Shown: in pieces, positions 36,301-42,641 of the stretch | Numbering within the stretch: the stretch's first letter is position 1 | Layout of the letters: every line of letters starts with the position of its first letter | IMG/VR virus record: IMGVR_UViG_3300009160_002016 | Coordinates: 1 to 43,097 of that record | Source of the DNA: a virus | Taxonomy: Duplodnaviria; Caudoviricetes | DNA length: 43,097 nucleotides | Strand: one strand, 5' to 3' | Notes under the pieces: model-generated | The model's input: the letters and a program-made list of their open reading frames with translations, nothing else | Database searches by the model: none | What the model was told of the DNA's origin: nothing | Program-made: the position numbers and the translations under genes

Positions 36301-39300
36301 CCAAGGTCCGGCTTGGAGCCTTGCTGGATCATCCAGAGCTGTTCCGCGCCTATCCTGATGCGGAAAGCATTACCGTGGCATTCAAAGGAACTGATGGCGG
36401 CTCGTTCAACCCGACGGCCAACGAGATCACCATTGGCCGATACGCCGCATTGTCCTCCACAGAGTCGGTTGGCGCGGCGAAAATGTTGAACCAGAGTGCA
36501 ATACGCACGTTGATACATGAGGTTCAACATTGGATTCAAGAGCGGGAGGGATTTGCGCGAGGAGGATCGTCGCAATATCCCGAGCAAGAATTTGCCCGAT
36601 TGGAAAAATTGGGCCGAAATAAGCGAAACGAACTGAACCAGAAGGCGATTGAAATCAACAGCAAGATTCGCGCCCTGAATGAGCAATCGATGCAGTCGCC
36701 TGATTGGCAGTCTGTCCGCAAGTCGCCAGAATATGTGCAGGCGATGGCGGATCTAGAAGCGCAATACGAGGCAAACCTTGGCCAGACAGCCGCATTGACT
36801 CAGGCGTTACGGGATCTGCGTCAGGTCACGACAAGAATGACCGAAGACGAGCGGTTTGATTTGTATCTTCGGGTGGCAGGTGAAATCGAAGCACGCGACG
36901 TGCAAGACCGGATGGATCTGACACCGGAGCAGCGCAAAGCGGTTGCGCCCTACAGTTCCGAGAACATTGCCCCCGAGGACGCGATCGTGATGTTTGGCGC
37001 TTCCGGCCCGCAGATGAGCGCAGGCGAATCCTCCGACATCCTCAAGGCGTCCGGCGCAGTCCCGGAGGGCACCACCCGCCGCAATTTCCTCAAGACCACC
37101 GCCGGAGCCATGGCGGCCTCGTTCTTCATCAAGGCCGACGCCGCGCGGACGATTGCGGACCTCACGGAGTTGATCCCGACCTCACTCAGCGAAGCGGAGG
37201 CGATGATGGTCAAGATGAGCCTTCGCGGCCGTCGGATGCAGGACTTTGGCAAGTGGCTTGCCAAGAATCCAGTGTCCGGGAAAGGCACGGTTTCGATCTA
37301 CGAATCCACGTTGCAAAAGTTCCCCGAAGCGCAAGCACTCGTGGACCGCGCCGCGCAACTCAACCCCGCCGCATTCGCCAGGCCGGAGATGGACGGGATC
37401 GACTGGTTGATCGCCCCGGGCGAGCGCAACGCCATCAACGAGACGGTGCGGATTACCCTGAAGCCGCGTCCGCCGGTCACTGAGGACAAGCAGGACGCCA
37501 AGCAAACAGGCGAACGCCAGCCATCCAGGCCGCGCACCGGAGGCGAGGCGCTGTTCCCGAGCGGGTTGCGCGAGGAAGTGCCGGGAATGCTTTTTGCCAG
37601 CGCAGCAGCGCCGGACATCGCCACGAATCAATTTGGCGATCCTATCAACATCGTGTGGGATGTCCCGCCAGAGTCCAAGATGGACAACGTCATCTATGCG
37701 ATGCAGGACAAGCAGGTGGACACGAAGCGGATTCAGTCCGCGATTGAAAGCCAGATCGGTGCCCTGGACGACGACGTGAACCCATACCGCCAGGAAACCC
37801 TATTCCATGGGAAGACCAGCAAGCAAACCAAAGACTTCCTGCAAGACGAACTGCGTCCGCTTATGGACGACATGGCCAAGCGAGGTGTGGGCGTTGAGGA
37901 ATTCGAGGAGTTCCTCCACAACCGCCACGCCGAGGAGCGTAACGATCAGATCGCCCGGATCAATCCAACGTTTCAAGGCCCCGGGTCCGGCATTACAACC
38001 GCCGACGCTCAAGCTTACCTGCTCGGCCTTGACCCGGCCAAACGCGCCGATTTCCAGGCACTCGCCGCCCGCGTTGACGCGATCACCAAAGGCACGCGCC
38101 GGATGTTGGTTGCTACCGGCTTGGAAACACGGGGAACGATTCAGGCATGGGAGGGAGCCTATTCGCAATACATCCCTCTCATGCGTGAGGAGTTGGAGTT
38201 CTCGACTACCGGCAGCGGGTCCGGCACTGGCCAAGGATTCTCGGTCAAGGGAAGCTCCAGCAAGCGCGCCACGGGATCCACTCGCCCCGTTGTTGACGTG
38301 CTCGCCAACATTGCCATCCAACGCGAGAAGGCCATCGTCAAGGCGAACAAGGCCGAAGTCGGCAAGGCGATTTACGGGCTGGCTCTGACCGCGCCGAACC
38401 CGAAGTTCTGGCTCGCGGTGAACCCGGATGCCGTGAAAGATCCGGTTGCGCTGGGCAACGAACTGATGGCCATGGGTCTTGATCCCGCTCTCGCCGATTC
38501 GATCATGGCCGAGCCGCGCCAAGCGGTCGTCAACAAGTCCACCGGCTTGGTCGAATACCGGATCAACACGATGGCGCGGACCAGCCCGAACGTCCTCGCG
38601 GTCCGTATTCTCGGCAAAGACCGATACGTGTTCTTCAACGCCAACAACGCACGCTCACAACGGATGGTGTCGGCCATGAAGAACTTGGACTCCGACCAAC
38701 TCGGATGGGTGCTGGGGAATATCAGCAAGGTCACGCGCTATTTCAGCGCGGTGAACACGCAATACAACCCGATCTTCGGGGTGGTCAACCTGACCCGGGA
38801 CGCCGAGGGCGCAATCATGAACCTTGAAAGCACGGAGATTGCCGACCGCAAACGGGCCGTGTTTTCCAACATCGCCCCGGCATTGTTCGGGATCTATGGC
38901 GACCTGCGCAAGACTCGCAAGGGCAAGCCCTCCGGCAACGGCAAATGGGCGAAGCTCTGGGAAGAGTTCCAAAACGAGGGCGGCCAGACCGGATACAGGG
39001 ACGTTTACGCCACGTCCGCCGACCGAGGCGAAGCTCTCAAGTCGATGATCGATCCCTCGCGGTGGGCTGACTCAGGGATCGGAAAAGTCTTCACGGCGGG
39101 CGGGATTCTCAAGATGCCATTGGAAGCGGCCCGCAAGAGCGTTGCGGCCCCGTTGTTTGACCTGCTCAGCGATTACAACGAGGCCATGGAAAACGCTGTC
39201 CGCTTGTCCGCCTACGCGGCAGCAAAGGGCAAAGGCTTGACTAATGCCAACGCGGCCAACATCGCCAAGGACCTGACGGTGAATTTCAACCGCAAGGGGC

Positions 39301-40382
39301 AAATCGCCGTCCAGGTCGGGGCGCTCTATGCGTTCTTCAACGCTTCCATGCAAGGTTCGGCCCGGTTGGCGCAAACCCTCAAGAGCCCGGCCGGAAAGAA
39401 GATCATCGCGGGCGGGTTGCTCCTCGGGGTGGCGCAAGCGATCGGCCTTGCGGCGGCTGGCTACGATGACGACGACCCGCCGGAGTTTGTCCGGGAACGC
39501 AACATCATCATTCCGTTGCCGAACAAGAAATACGTCACGATCCCACTGCCGTTGGGCTTGCACGTCATCCCAAACTTCTCCCGAGTCGTCACTGAATGGG
39601 TGATGGGAGGCGGCGAAGATTGGAGCGGCAAGCTCGGCCAGATCGTGAGTTCGTTCTTGGACGCATTCAACCCGATCGGACATGCTGGATTCAGCGCACA
39701 GACCCTGACGCCGACCTTTATGGACCCGATGGTGGCCCTTGGCGAAAACCGGGACTACACCGGGAAGCCAATCGCCCGTGAGGACTTCAACAATCTTGAT
39801 CCATCGCCCGGTTACACTCGGACCAAGGACACGGCGAGCGAATTCTCGAAGACCCTGGCGGAGTTCATGAACCTTTCCTCGGGCGGATCCAAGTATCGCC
39901 CCGGCAAGATCAGCCCGACGCCCGACCAGATCGATTACTTGATCGGCCAAGCAACGGGCGGCGTGGGTCGAGAAGTTCTGAAGTTCGAGCAAACCGGCCG
40001 ATCCATGGTGACCGGCGAAGACCTCCCGGCCTACAAGGTGCCGCTCCTCGGTCGATTCTACGGCGAGGTCGGCGGGCCGTCCGGCGTGTCGGGCAAGTTC
40101 TACGACAACATCACGGAGATGAACGGGCACGAACGCGAAATCAAAGGCCGTCGCGAGAACGGTGAACCGATCGGGGAATACGTGAAAGCCCACCCGGAAA
40201 CTCGCTTGATTTCGGCTGCAAACGAGGCGGCCAACAGAATTGGCGATCTCCGCAAGATGAAGCGAGCGCAGGTTGAGAAAGGCAACAAGGCCGGGGTGCA
40301 GAAGATCGAGGCGCAGATGACGAAAGTCATGGAATCCTTCAATGCGCGAGTGGAAGAACTTCGCGAGAGCGCCAAGAAATAA
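24384..40382 (+). CDS. Giant large polyvalent protein (putative ejected virion protein)
   Basis: 5332-aa uninterrupted ORF: coiled-coil N-terminus, Gly/Ala hydrophobic region, three HExxH motifs, ART-like, glycosylase-like and LPD23-like domains, and an LPD38-like C-terminus. Confidence 0.92.
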   Translation: MASPFDRVRSGLQNGTIPVNTDLRQETEKIAADRQRTEKTGSWIRDTIQQQRAAADRKARQDAILAERQRRDQEAADLGARNDRTKQQAMLSGEDTWQDSTGETRIKPAFVVPQDPEKVRADAEKIAAEQDRERQQLIANQRAAKSRELDYNAEAAKRMAKEPDAILKQVGKDLGVDPEDPQSIESLADTDKAYVQATKQARDVAAQAAQAADDKAFSFKGGADKANSAVVAEANRVRQEREIQELAAKRAELSAKAEAAKAQVDQTTAEHQARILAADEEFETAVSGPMTSDQYREAKMKRDAIKVESRNAIDLATNRFARTYGAIRDEDAIQQALLERKMPKDVPANPPATTPFSNTPLEAPTPGKPAPGNAPAEIQSPGLEPLNASPAVPEAEDLSDEGVIASRIQERRANQLAEFQATQRDVISKLANDQMLPEEANDAVAAAMSAIDTQLDDATQERLSPLVAEAFAAAEKDAKTPEEAAAKLMASGKLSKIAPALGYDDAAALYLANVDTATFKPKPEPVEEKGWFAQLKRAPIVGDVVRGAEVSTRQLPQLGFGVAALIGDTLEKTVGKGETLRNWGFRGYLDAEQGMAPISREDDDVTVAWSKASKGNLGAMANFLEYAVGYGIGQILETIAVSAAGGAIGGAAGTAVEPGGGTAVGAVGGALGGAFAKGAVKTGIRKFMAEAIAGQAEKMALKQLGKTAAKSEVKALAQTATLTQAAAKAIGSNTAILTNALGMELGAIYGEAAKRAKEEGRELTGWELARVWGTGIAAGGLESVADKFGLDLLGGKKMPKGVTGRAVRAATGAAEGVAMEGGTEALQTVLERVGAGQNPIDAEGRRDIINATAMGGIMGGSVGAIGGALSSEPVNTATPQGKIQAAWQNAATVTTPEALAAHAGIDPAQYEALVKDFGDPSQAAAKDFATANLLTTGAQQQNRHSDVLAPVTEAIQQGTARAQERAKAMVDIHTATDPEQFDRALFAAQDVGDAQAEADIVTQQQNAGYVRGLAKVLGGGQLTKDELDVVNAPFADKSKKAIIEGPGGTQIVSDLAIERADVVMPDMGMGAALKAINPMGEVEATQQAQAREDAKAAKGAKQSGGGMAPQGTTQPEVPVSPGGEAGQPGFTYTATMPDGQTVSLPSEQRLGRAARVVLFQDAGVTIPTNTPITETAGTSAQVPASSNKGGAQSPAEIEAVAMLQSGSTPAEVRAKLPGLTLAQIKALANPSKGATQSPQSRASFDKGSYRVPAEVAAWDQQHRTERHDEWFDGANVNESARRGFDEARANGGHDIQAHGMAKAGTLSGGLADLLNMITNGLDPSRIKPYSNGELMLETAPLVSEKGGSSAGATPNGSAYSDGPFQLLARPGQYLEGQYLEGLGAILINEAHADQAAPIKAEIAKVRPDLIVGTYSEAGAVVAQLNAKAKGDTKGSQTGQTPEGNGTSTGQAGQAEAPTDYVKRIAPKAAALVDVFPGGVSDATEAQRKEMGDSPMAYLRGRLIIQRDRLALYSSDQAETLVRHELIHHAMKDAVREGAFSDADVAGVWSALGGSREGKKLQRLVRNAYFSSRSMKAEAAGASDFVLGAEMIRMMVEDAEFAGQISEAVIGNAEATSMVRRILRELRKWLKLAIKQLGDANPELKAELEAMAEATAQALRNLKTEAATGSKPATKPKDDGQNETLNASGAAPTLNANTPISRPSGRHDFSRVGTAWQGKVKPTTRDTNDGIHSVDAAGLAKQMPKVTHFVDDVPLPSYLMESTDPETRRDVLIDFFKGNILALYDAFDTLGHNLTVRSTHWYDGARLIAESIASDNGITNEQAAGIMAVLSPMKDWFQNVAMAQRMADVFANHRDVVITRKQFSKTMRGMLDSAQDAAKRRKEFKLLEGRSINDLWASGDPVDKRLAAVATRLLSQHFHGLEHQVLSPEGENLGLRRNLDGSTKTMVWQADVFILKGLSVAYDGSPENISATLGGEHKIRNFYNNIIAPNSPAGDATIDTHAVNASALYPMGNKGYLVGLSFGDAGVAGGGNSGIYWMFHEAYRQAAEERGIMPRQMQSVTWEAVRGLFTDDLKRSKAFVGQVTQMWANSTDAESTRQQIIGLGIRHPEWARFDAGSGPRPSGKPSVSGKADGKKADAKGSVRSGVRQGIARSGELTTPSEQSFTPPQADPVTPPENELLMASAAVPAAMARRFGVTQESDPFAFAYLNRRRGKINTQEVKTRADLDAFAEAEFARRSANRFQVDPESIRRLEPVIRKAAEKQVKYGLAEGKATLELLDTPSTEVLEIPESLSEWLRQNGLTQPRKLADFEWLARVAAKMEDQTLRAVTESFIADRRGKGWSAWVEENVNRPRREAAESWAKTLSETWSNPIVSSEPNPDGGVDVVFANGESGLFESVEEAMRDGQGGTGVIPQITDAYSQNLAWDILEHSMGSRVNYGLGRPRELSPEILESTLDLIRSGEAGDPLFLYDEERARSATKGLRTIKAGEGHRWVFVPGGAAGGGSPQSAVMVTFEDGSTIKAATRVDAENAAKDAIEGYLDFSDIEIVEASSLLEIINDYPLSKYDEDYIGFAVESSADPDMTEVVKVFETREDAEEYVAEYKGQWVHRPNMYDRFRIDDTFPSKQEAKNDARSSAIEAELETLTIEEITDVPPDHIKSLMALSPDSWCTNGESMAREYLSTKDYWLLLPPTGSKTIGGIRLFTGTNRMQGINGVNNAEDARQLIGDHAKRIALLVRAEGIDVTDAATRKAIASVSPSTTNEILKASGAVPQENIAPEDAIVMFGSGGTQMSVGPVSRQFDELIADVLKPRIGSNRDVVISAEPLGEEVTDKDENGDAVEIQEEYKVAGADESGASLTRLWTKRNGVTKDSWLVASRDDYDGNFYESLDDALRAIEETEREERGLKQDSDNEFNVRRMVKREMSEGVIGSDGFFITPVIASTGSIYIEDGDARISFRDHPVSQFREMEFGLVDKAIIVNYSDPQSVASGLNELAMFLANRTAGGDILKASGAVPSGDGEYRGVHKAPTGKYGEGSLDAMDRTYPDDLYGPNGPRYYGDTYDPAMDRKMHRIIVAMRGKPDAPVKVYRAAPKGVASEINPGDWVTPSREYAVMHGERFDDGADIIERTVKAGELFTEGNSIFEFGWSPQSDDILRASGATPEQPNRYQRERQRRIDATVRDTLGIVTGTPVPTPPKERKRGKVGGKIAQKIAEVRRKMETPSEEPPRTVALADIPDMGAMIGVVHRDAILTWQGIYGDALAMIGEPGDQEVVPMFVGRVPEGRTGATVMVRDVDGEAMAPVQIPVRSRAWALAMPEMTQASQIVVTSGGQEGIRQGTIDLSGMFGGTVDATDLRNTGDFIGIVRGPDGDRVYRNADDEEPVILKASAATPLANRGSDSDSGSGPVWGPKFQKAISREYTIALAGDDFGSQYDILAAKYNNDPNASPEMRSALLKELEHLENLLGDEWLNKYSNGRTFSKPPLSDDIRYSAAPAPLLRSNVKAVREALKNRFGGSIPSGVRVVDLPNETWFGLIQGNEILVNAARNQARQAPLTVAHEIGHYVWRKPGARKAFDRFTELLTDAERARVDEIIRDFYDGPMGEYASEERAVLAFENMIAKSGPDTRTAWERLVNLVTRAVKKLFGVALTPAEAKAQAWDIFASGLRDFKGGPMNGDARYSSKPGGMSKDAARHTELEAKFNAGTITEAETREAQRITRKAARDAGFTEKGWHGGAKGIKEFSTPTFFATEKRFAEAFAKQFHGDDGQVYETFIAAKNPLRLDRLGVKSTQTAFMRFLQRNGIDLDFDPITVWDSVRSILTGEEKADTYETTQSLVDDDDFVAALRNAGFDSITQIEPGESLATGNTKSLIVIDPSQIKLADPFTGVNLDERFNPASDDIRYSYAGASANTPAFMRDSLESARAMAAAGKSSEEIRAVTGWFPGKYDGKLRFEIPDDAAKWRVVDGQTYVSEAAGRNAKVRLGALLDHPELFRAYPDAESITVAFKGTDGGSFNPTANEITIGRYAALSSTESVGAAKMLNQSAIRTLIHEVQHWIQEREGFARGGSSQYPEQEFARLEKLGRNKRNELNQKAIEINSKIRALNEQSMQSPDWQSVRKSPEYVQAMADLEAQYEANLGQTAALTQALRDLRQVTTRMTEDERFDLYLRVAGEIEARDVQDRMDLTPEQRKAVAPYSSENIAPEDAIVMFGASGPQMSAGESSDILKASGAVPEGTTRRNFLKTTAGAMAASFFIKADAARTIADLTELIPTSLSEAEAMMVKMSLRGRRMQDFGKWLAKNPVSGKGTVSIYESTLQKFPEAQALVDRAAQLNPAAFARPEMDGIDWLIAPGERNAINETVRITLKPRPPVTEDKQDAKQTGERQPSRPRTGGEALFPSGLREEVPGMLFASAAAPDIATNQFGDPINIVWDVPPESKMDNVIYAMQDKQVDTKRIQSAIESQIGALDDDVNPYRQETLFHGKTSKQTKDFLQDELRPLMDDMAKRGVGVEEFEEFLHNRHAEERNDQIARINPTFQGPGSGITTADAQAYLLGLDPAKRADFQALAARVDAITKGTRRMLVATGLETRGTIQAWEGAYSQYIPLMREELEFSTTGSGSGTGQGFSVKGSSSKRATGSTRPVVDVLANIAIQREKAIVKANKAEVGKAIYGLALTAPNPKFWLAVNPDAVKDPVALGNELMAMGLDPALADSIMAEPRQAVVNKSTGLVEYRINTMARTSPNVLAVRILGKDRYVFFNANNARSQRMVSAMKNLDSDQLGWVLGNISKVTRYFSAVNTQYNPIFGVVNLTRDAEGAIMNLESTEIADRKRAVFSNIAPALFGIYGDLRKTRKGKPSGNGKWAKLWEEFQNEGGQTGYRDVYATSADRGEALKSMIDPSRWADSGIGKVFTAGGILKMPLEAARKSVAAPLFDLLSDYNEAMENAVRLSAYAAAKGKGLTNANAANIAKDLTVNFNRKGQIAVQVGALYAFFNASMQGSARLAQTLKSPAGKKIIAGGLLLGVAQAIGLAAAGYDDDDPPEFVRERNIIIPLPNKKYVTIPLPLGLHVIPNFSRVVTEWVMGGGEDWSGKLGQIVSSFLDAFNPIGHAGFSAQTLTPTFMDPMVALGENRDYTGKPIAREDFNNLDPSPGYTRTKDTASEFSKTLAEFMNLSSGGSKYRPGKISPTPDQIDYLIGQATGGVGREVLKFEQTGRSMVTGEDLPAYKVPLLGRFYGEVGGPSGVSGKFYDNITEMNGHEREIKGRRENGEPIGEYVKAHPETRLISAANEAANRIGDLRKMKRAQVEKGNKAGVQKIEAQMTKVMESFNARVEELRESAKK
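28760..29390 (+). other. Domain: zincin-like metallopeptidase 1
   Basis: HELIH at 28950-28964 with a downstream 'AE' helix; boundaries approximate. Confidence 0.6.
29500..30720 (+). other. Domain: HhH-GPD/DNA-glycosylase-like
   Basis: 'WYDGA', 'AAGIMAVLSP..DWFQN', 'KIRNFYNNI', 'ATIDTHAV' and 'MQSVTW'. Confidence 0.55.
33423..33830 (+). other. Domain: ADP-ribosyltransferase-like module
   Basis: 'VKVYRAAP...INPGDWVT.SREYA..H' and 'EFGW', bounded by two linker motifs. Confidence 0.5.
34845..35396 (+). other. Domain: zincin-like metallopeptidase 2
   Basis: 'TVAHEIGH' (35043) and a downstream 'EERAV'. Confidence 0.65.
35412..36059 (+). other. Domain: ART-PolyVal-like ADP-ribosyltransferase
   Basis: 'GWHGG....EF...TFF.....AE.FA', 'KNPL', 'GFDSI', 'IVIDPSQIKLADP' and 'RFNP.SDDIRYS'. 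Confidence 0.7.
36078..37020 (+). other. Domain: LPD23-like domain plus HExxH region
   Basis: 'TGWF...DGKLRFEIPD', 'LDHPELFRAYP', 'HEVQHWIQEREGFARG' and 'AGEIEARDVQ.R'. Confidence 0.75.
37614..40379 (+). other. Domain region: conserved C-terminal helical region ending in an LPD38-like domain
   Basis: 'YNP.F...NLTRD', 'ENAVRL', 'LTVNFNRKG', 'LYAFFNASMQG', 'ENRDYTGKPI' and 'PDQIDYL'. Confidence 0.75.
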
Positions 40383-40385
40383 CGC

Positions 40386-40414
40386 AAAAGGGCCTAGCCA
40401 CCCGGCTAGGCCCT
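40386..40414. terminator. Intrinsic terminator between convergent genes
   Basis: 11-bp stem AGGGCCTAGCC-ACCC-GGCTAGGCCCT. Short T-tract on the - strand and an AT-rich tail on the + strand. Confidence 0.8.
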
Positions 40415-40437
40415 AATTTCGGTCACTCTCCGTCAAA

Positions 40438-41652
40438 TCATGGCACCACGTGGGTGACGTTCAGGCTCGCGCTGTAGTCGCCCACAAACCCGCCGCCGCC
40501 GAATGTTGGAGGGCCAAGGCGGAGAGTCACGGTTTCGGCCGTGGCGTCGGTCAAGTCAAGCCAGAACACGTCACCGGTTGCGCCTCCCGCGAGATTGGTC
40601 GCGGCTAGGGCGGTCACGACTCCGGTGCCGTCGTTCCCGGAAGCGTTTGCGACCGTCACCAGAGCCGCTGCGGCGGTAGATGCGTCGATGCCAGCCTTGA
40701 CCAGAGTGGCGGTCGAGGTGATCGCCGGAGCGACTCCCGCCGTCGTGTTGGTCGATGCTTCCAGATCGGTGACGCCGGAAACACCATACCATTCGACGTT
40801 GAGGGTGCTGTCGTTGGCCGCCGCAACCCGCGCCGTCAAAACGACGTTGGCGGAAGTGCCGCCCACGGTGAAATGCGTGTTGATCACGGTGTCGGCAGTG
40901 AGCGCGGCGCGGATCTTGGTTGCCACCGCCGCCGCATCGGCGTCAGCATCAAGCAATGCGCATTGCACCGCTTCGGGTGCCGTGAACAGGGCCGACGTCA
41001 CAAGGATTTGCAGAGTGTCGCTTTCGGTGGGTCCGGCAGCGCTGGTAACGGCAGCGGTCTCAACCTGAGCGGTCCCGGCCCCGGTGGCTAGGTTGACGGT
41101 GATTGCCTTGGATGCAACCGAAACAGAGAGCGTGGCTGACGCGGTCCCAGGGTTCACGTAGCGCACGGAGATGTCGTTTCCGCCAAGTCCGGACTGTTTT
41201 GCCGTATAGACGAGATCGTTGTTTGACCCGCTGAGGGCGGTCGTCAGTGCAGCCGTTCCAGCCTCCTGAATCACGAGATCCTTGTCCGTGGTCGAGATGT
41301 CCTCCAGTTCGGTGGTTGCGTTGGCAACGGCAATCGTCGCGTTTGTGCTCAACGCGCGGGTTCCAGAGTCGCAGACCCGGGCACGAATCTGGTGATTGGC
41401 AGCGGAGAACGCAGTGCCGTCAGGCTTGGTGCAGGCGATCTTGATCCGGCTCGGGGTCGCCGTGGTCCCCTGGCTGGAGATCGTCGGCGTGTAGATGCAT
41501 TCTTCATTCGGCGAGAGCGTCTGAAGAACCGTTCCTTGGTCGTCAACTACGACAAGTTGATCCGATGCGTTGAACCTGATGGCAAGTTCGTTGTGGTTGG
41601 CCCGGTAGGTTTGATCCGACTTCGGGCGAGATAGTGACAGAAGTTGTGACAT
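40438..41652 (-). CDS. Ala/Thr/Val-rich beta structural protein (capsid decoration or fibre-like)
   Basis: 404 aa with composition typical of virion surface proteins; downstream of the capsid gene. Confidence 0.65.
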   Translation of the reverse strand: MSQLLSLSRPKSDQTYRANHNELAIRFNASDQLVVVDDQGTVLQTLSPNEECIYTPTISSQGTTATPSRIKIACTKPDGTAFSAANHQIRARVCDSGTRALSTNATIAVANATTELEDISTTDKDLVIQEAGTAALTTALSGSNNDLVYTAKQSGLGGNDISVRYVNPGTASATLSVSVASKAITVNLATGAGTAQVETAAVTSAAGPTESDTLQILVTSALFTAPEAVQCALLDADADAAAVATKIRAALTADTVINTHFTVGGTSANVVLTARVAAANDSTLNVEWYGVSGVTDLEASTNTTAGVAPAITSTATLVKAGIDASTAAAALVTVANASGNDGTGVVTALAATNLAGGATGDVFWLDLTDATAETVTLRLGPPTFGGGGFVGDYSASLNVTHVVP

Positions 41653-41712
41653 GCCTTTCAGGTTCCCTGATTTTCGGCAAAGTCAAACTGTTGTGCGTGG
41701 TTTTGCGCGGTG

Positions 41713-41970
41713 TCACCCCTCAATCACCACTTTTGCCCCTGACCACTCCTTGCGCTTGTCCCGAAGGAACTCATCCAAAGCCGTGAGGATGCGGTCTTTC
41801 ATCACGTCATCCTTGACCTTGTCTCGGTGGTTGCGCACCGCGTGAACCAGCTTGATCTCCTTGCCGTCGGCGACAAAGAAGAAACCCGCGACGGCTTCGG
41901 TGCCTTTCGGGAGGTTGTCGGCGAATGCGGAGAGTCCCGCGTTGAGGGCTTCAGTCGGGCTTTCGGTCAT
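41713..41970 (-). CDS. Hypothetical protein
   Basis: 85 aa, co-oriented. Confidence 0.6.
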   Translation of the reverse strand: MTESPTEALNAGLSAFADNLPKGTEAVAGFFFVADGKEIKLVHAVRNHRDKVKDDVMKDRILTALDEFLRDKRKEWSGAKVVIEG

Positions 41971-42187
41971 GAGTCTTTCCTTGCATGGCCAACACGGCCC
42001 GGTGTTCCAAGGTGCCTGCTTGGTGATGGATCACCATCGGAAGCGTTCCGTCCGCTGCGACATGCTCATCAACCTGGCGCTGGTGTTCTTTGGCCAACCA
42101 GTCGAAAAACGAACCTAAGCCCGCCTCGCGTTCGATCTCCTCGTGAGCCAACAACGCGGCGCGGACCTTGTCTTGAATTGGGATCAT
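41951..42187 (-). CDS. Hypothetical protein
   Basis: 78 aa, ATGA-coupled. Confidence 0.55.
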   Translation of the reverse strand: MIPIQDKVRAALLAHEEIEREAGLGSFFDWLAKEHQRQVDEHVAADGTLPMVIHHQAGTLEHRAVLAMQGKTHDRKPD

Positions 42188-42546
42188 GCGGAAAGCTCCG
42201 GGGTAGCCTTGAGCTGCTTGCGGTCCAGCGTCTTCTCGGCTAGGACGTCGATCTCGACCTCAACCGGTAGCACGGAGATGAACCAACGCGGGGTCTTGGC
42301 AGGCACGCCGCACCCGGTTTGCACTAGACGGTCCTGACGCGCCGGATCGTTGAGAAGGTCGGTGTATTCGGAGAACGTCAACCCGCGCCCCTGATAGACC
42401 ATGAGGTTGCGGGCGTAGTCCCACCGAAACCAATCCTGGGGGTGCATCCCTGACGGTGACTTGATTTCATCCTTGTCACCAGGGCGCAAACTCTTGACGT
42501 GGTTCAGGTAGACTAAATACCGCCATTCCGTTTTCGCCTTCGCCAT
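42184..42546 (-). CDS. Hypothetical protein
   Basis: Probable ATG at 42546 (MAKAKTEW). Confidence 0.6.
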   Translation of the reverse strand: MAKAKTEWRYLVYLNHVKSLRPGDKDEIKSPSGMHPQDWFRWDYARNLMVYQGRGLTFSEYTDLLNDPARQDRLVQTGCGVPAKTPRWFISVLPVEVEIDVLAEKTLDRKQLKATPELSA

Positions 42547-42584
42547 CGGCAATCAGGATGCCTTGAATGTCTGCGTTGTCCAAC

Positions 42585-42615
42585 AAAAAGCGCCGCCCCG
42601 TTTCCAGGGCGACGC
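42585..42615 (-). terminator. Intrinsic terminator after the capsid gene
   Basis: - strand GCGTCGCCC-TGGAAAC-GGGGCGGCGC followed by TTTTT. Confidence 0.8.
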
Positions 42616-42641
42616 CAGTTGAGGTTCGAGTGACCGATTGA

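Noticed and set aside
32697-36997. Diversity-generating retroelement TR/VR pair
   Set aside because: The repeat is short, the differences are not adenine-specific, and there is no reverse transcriptase in the window.
29433-37613. Linker repeats as a CRISPR array, integron attC sites or shufflon sites
   Set aside because: They are in frame, irregularly spaced by hundreds to thousands of bp, non-palindromic and divergent at synonymous positions.
24384-40382. Virion RNA polymerase (N4- or crAss-like) within the giant ORF
   Set aside because: I found no convincing DxDGD/DFDxD or T7-like polymerase motifs; the recognisable domains are of the polyvalent-protein type.
24354-40387. Long antisense ORFs opposite the giant gene (e.g. 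24354-25388, 26034-27110, 33483-34382, 39072-40193)
   Set aside because: Shadow ORFs expected in GC-rich coding DNA; no recognisable motifs.
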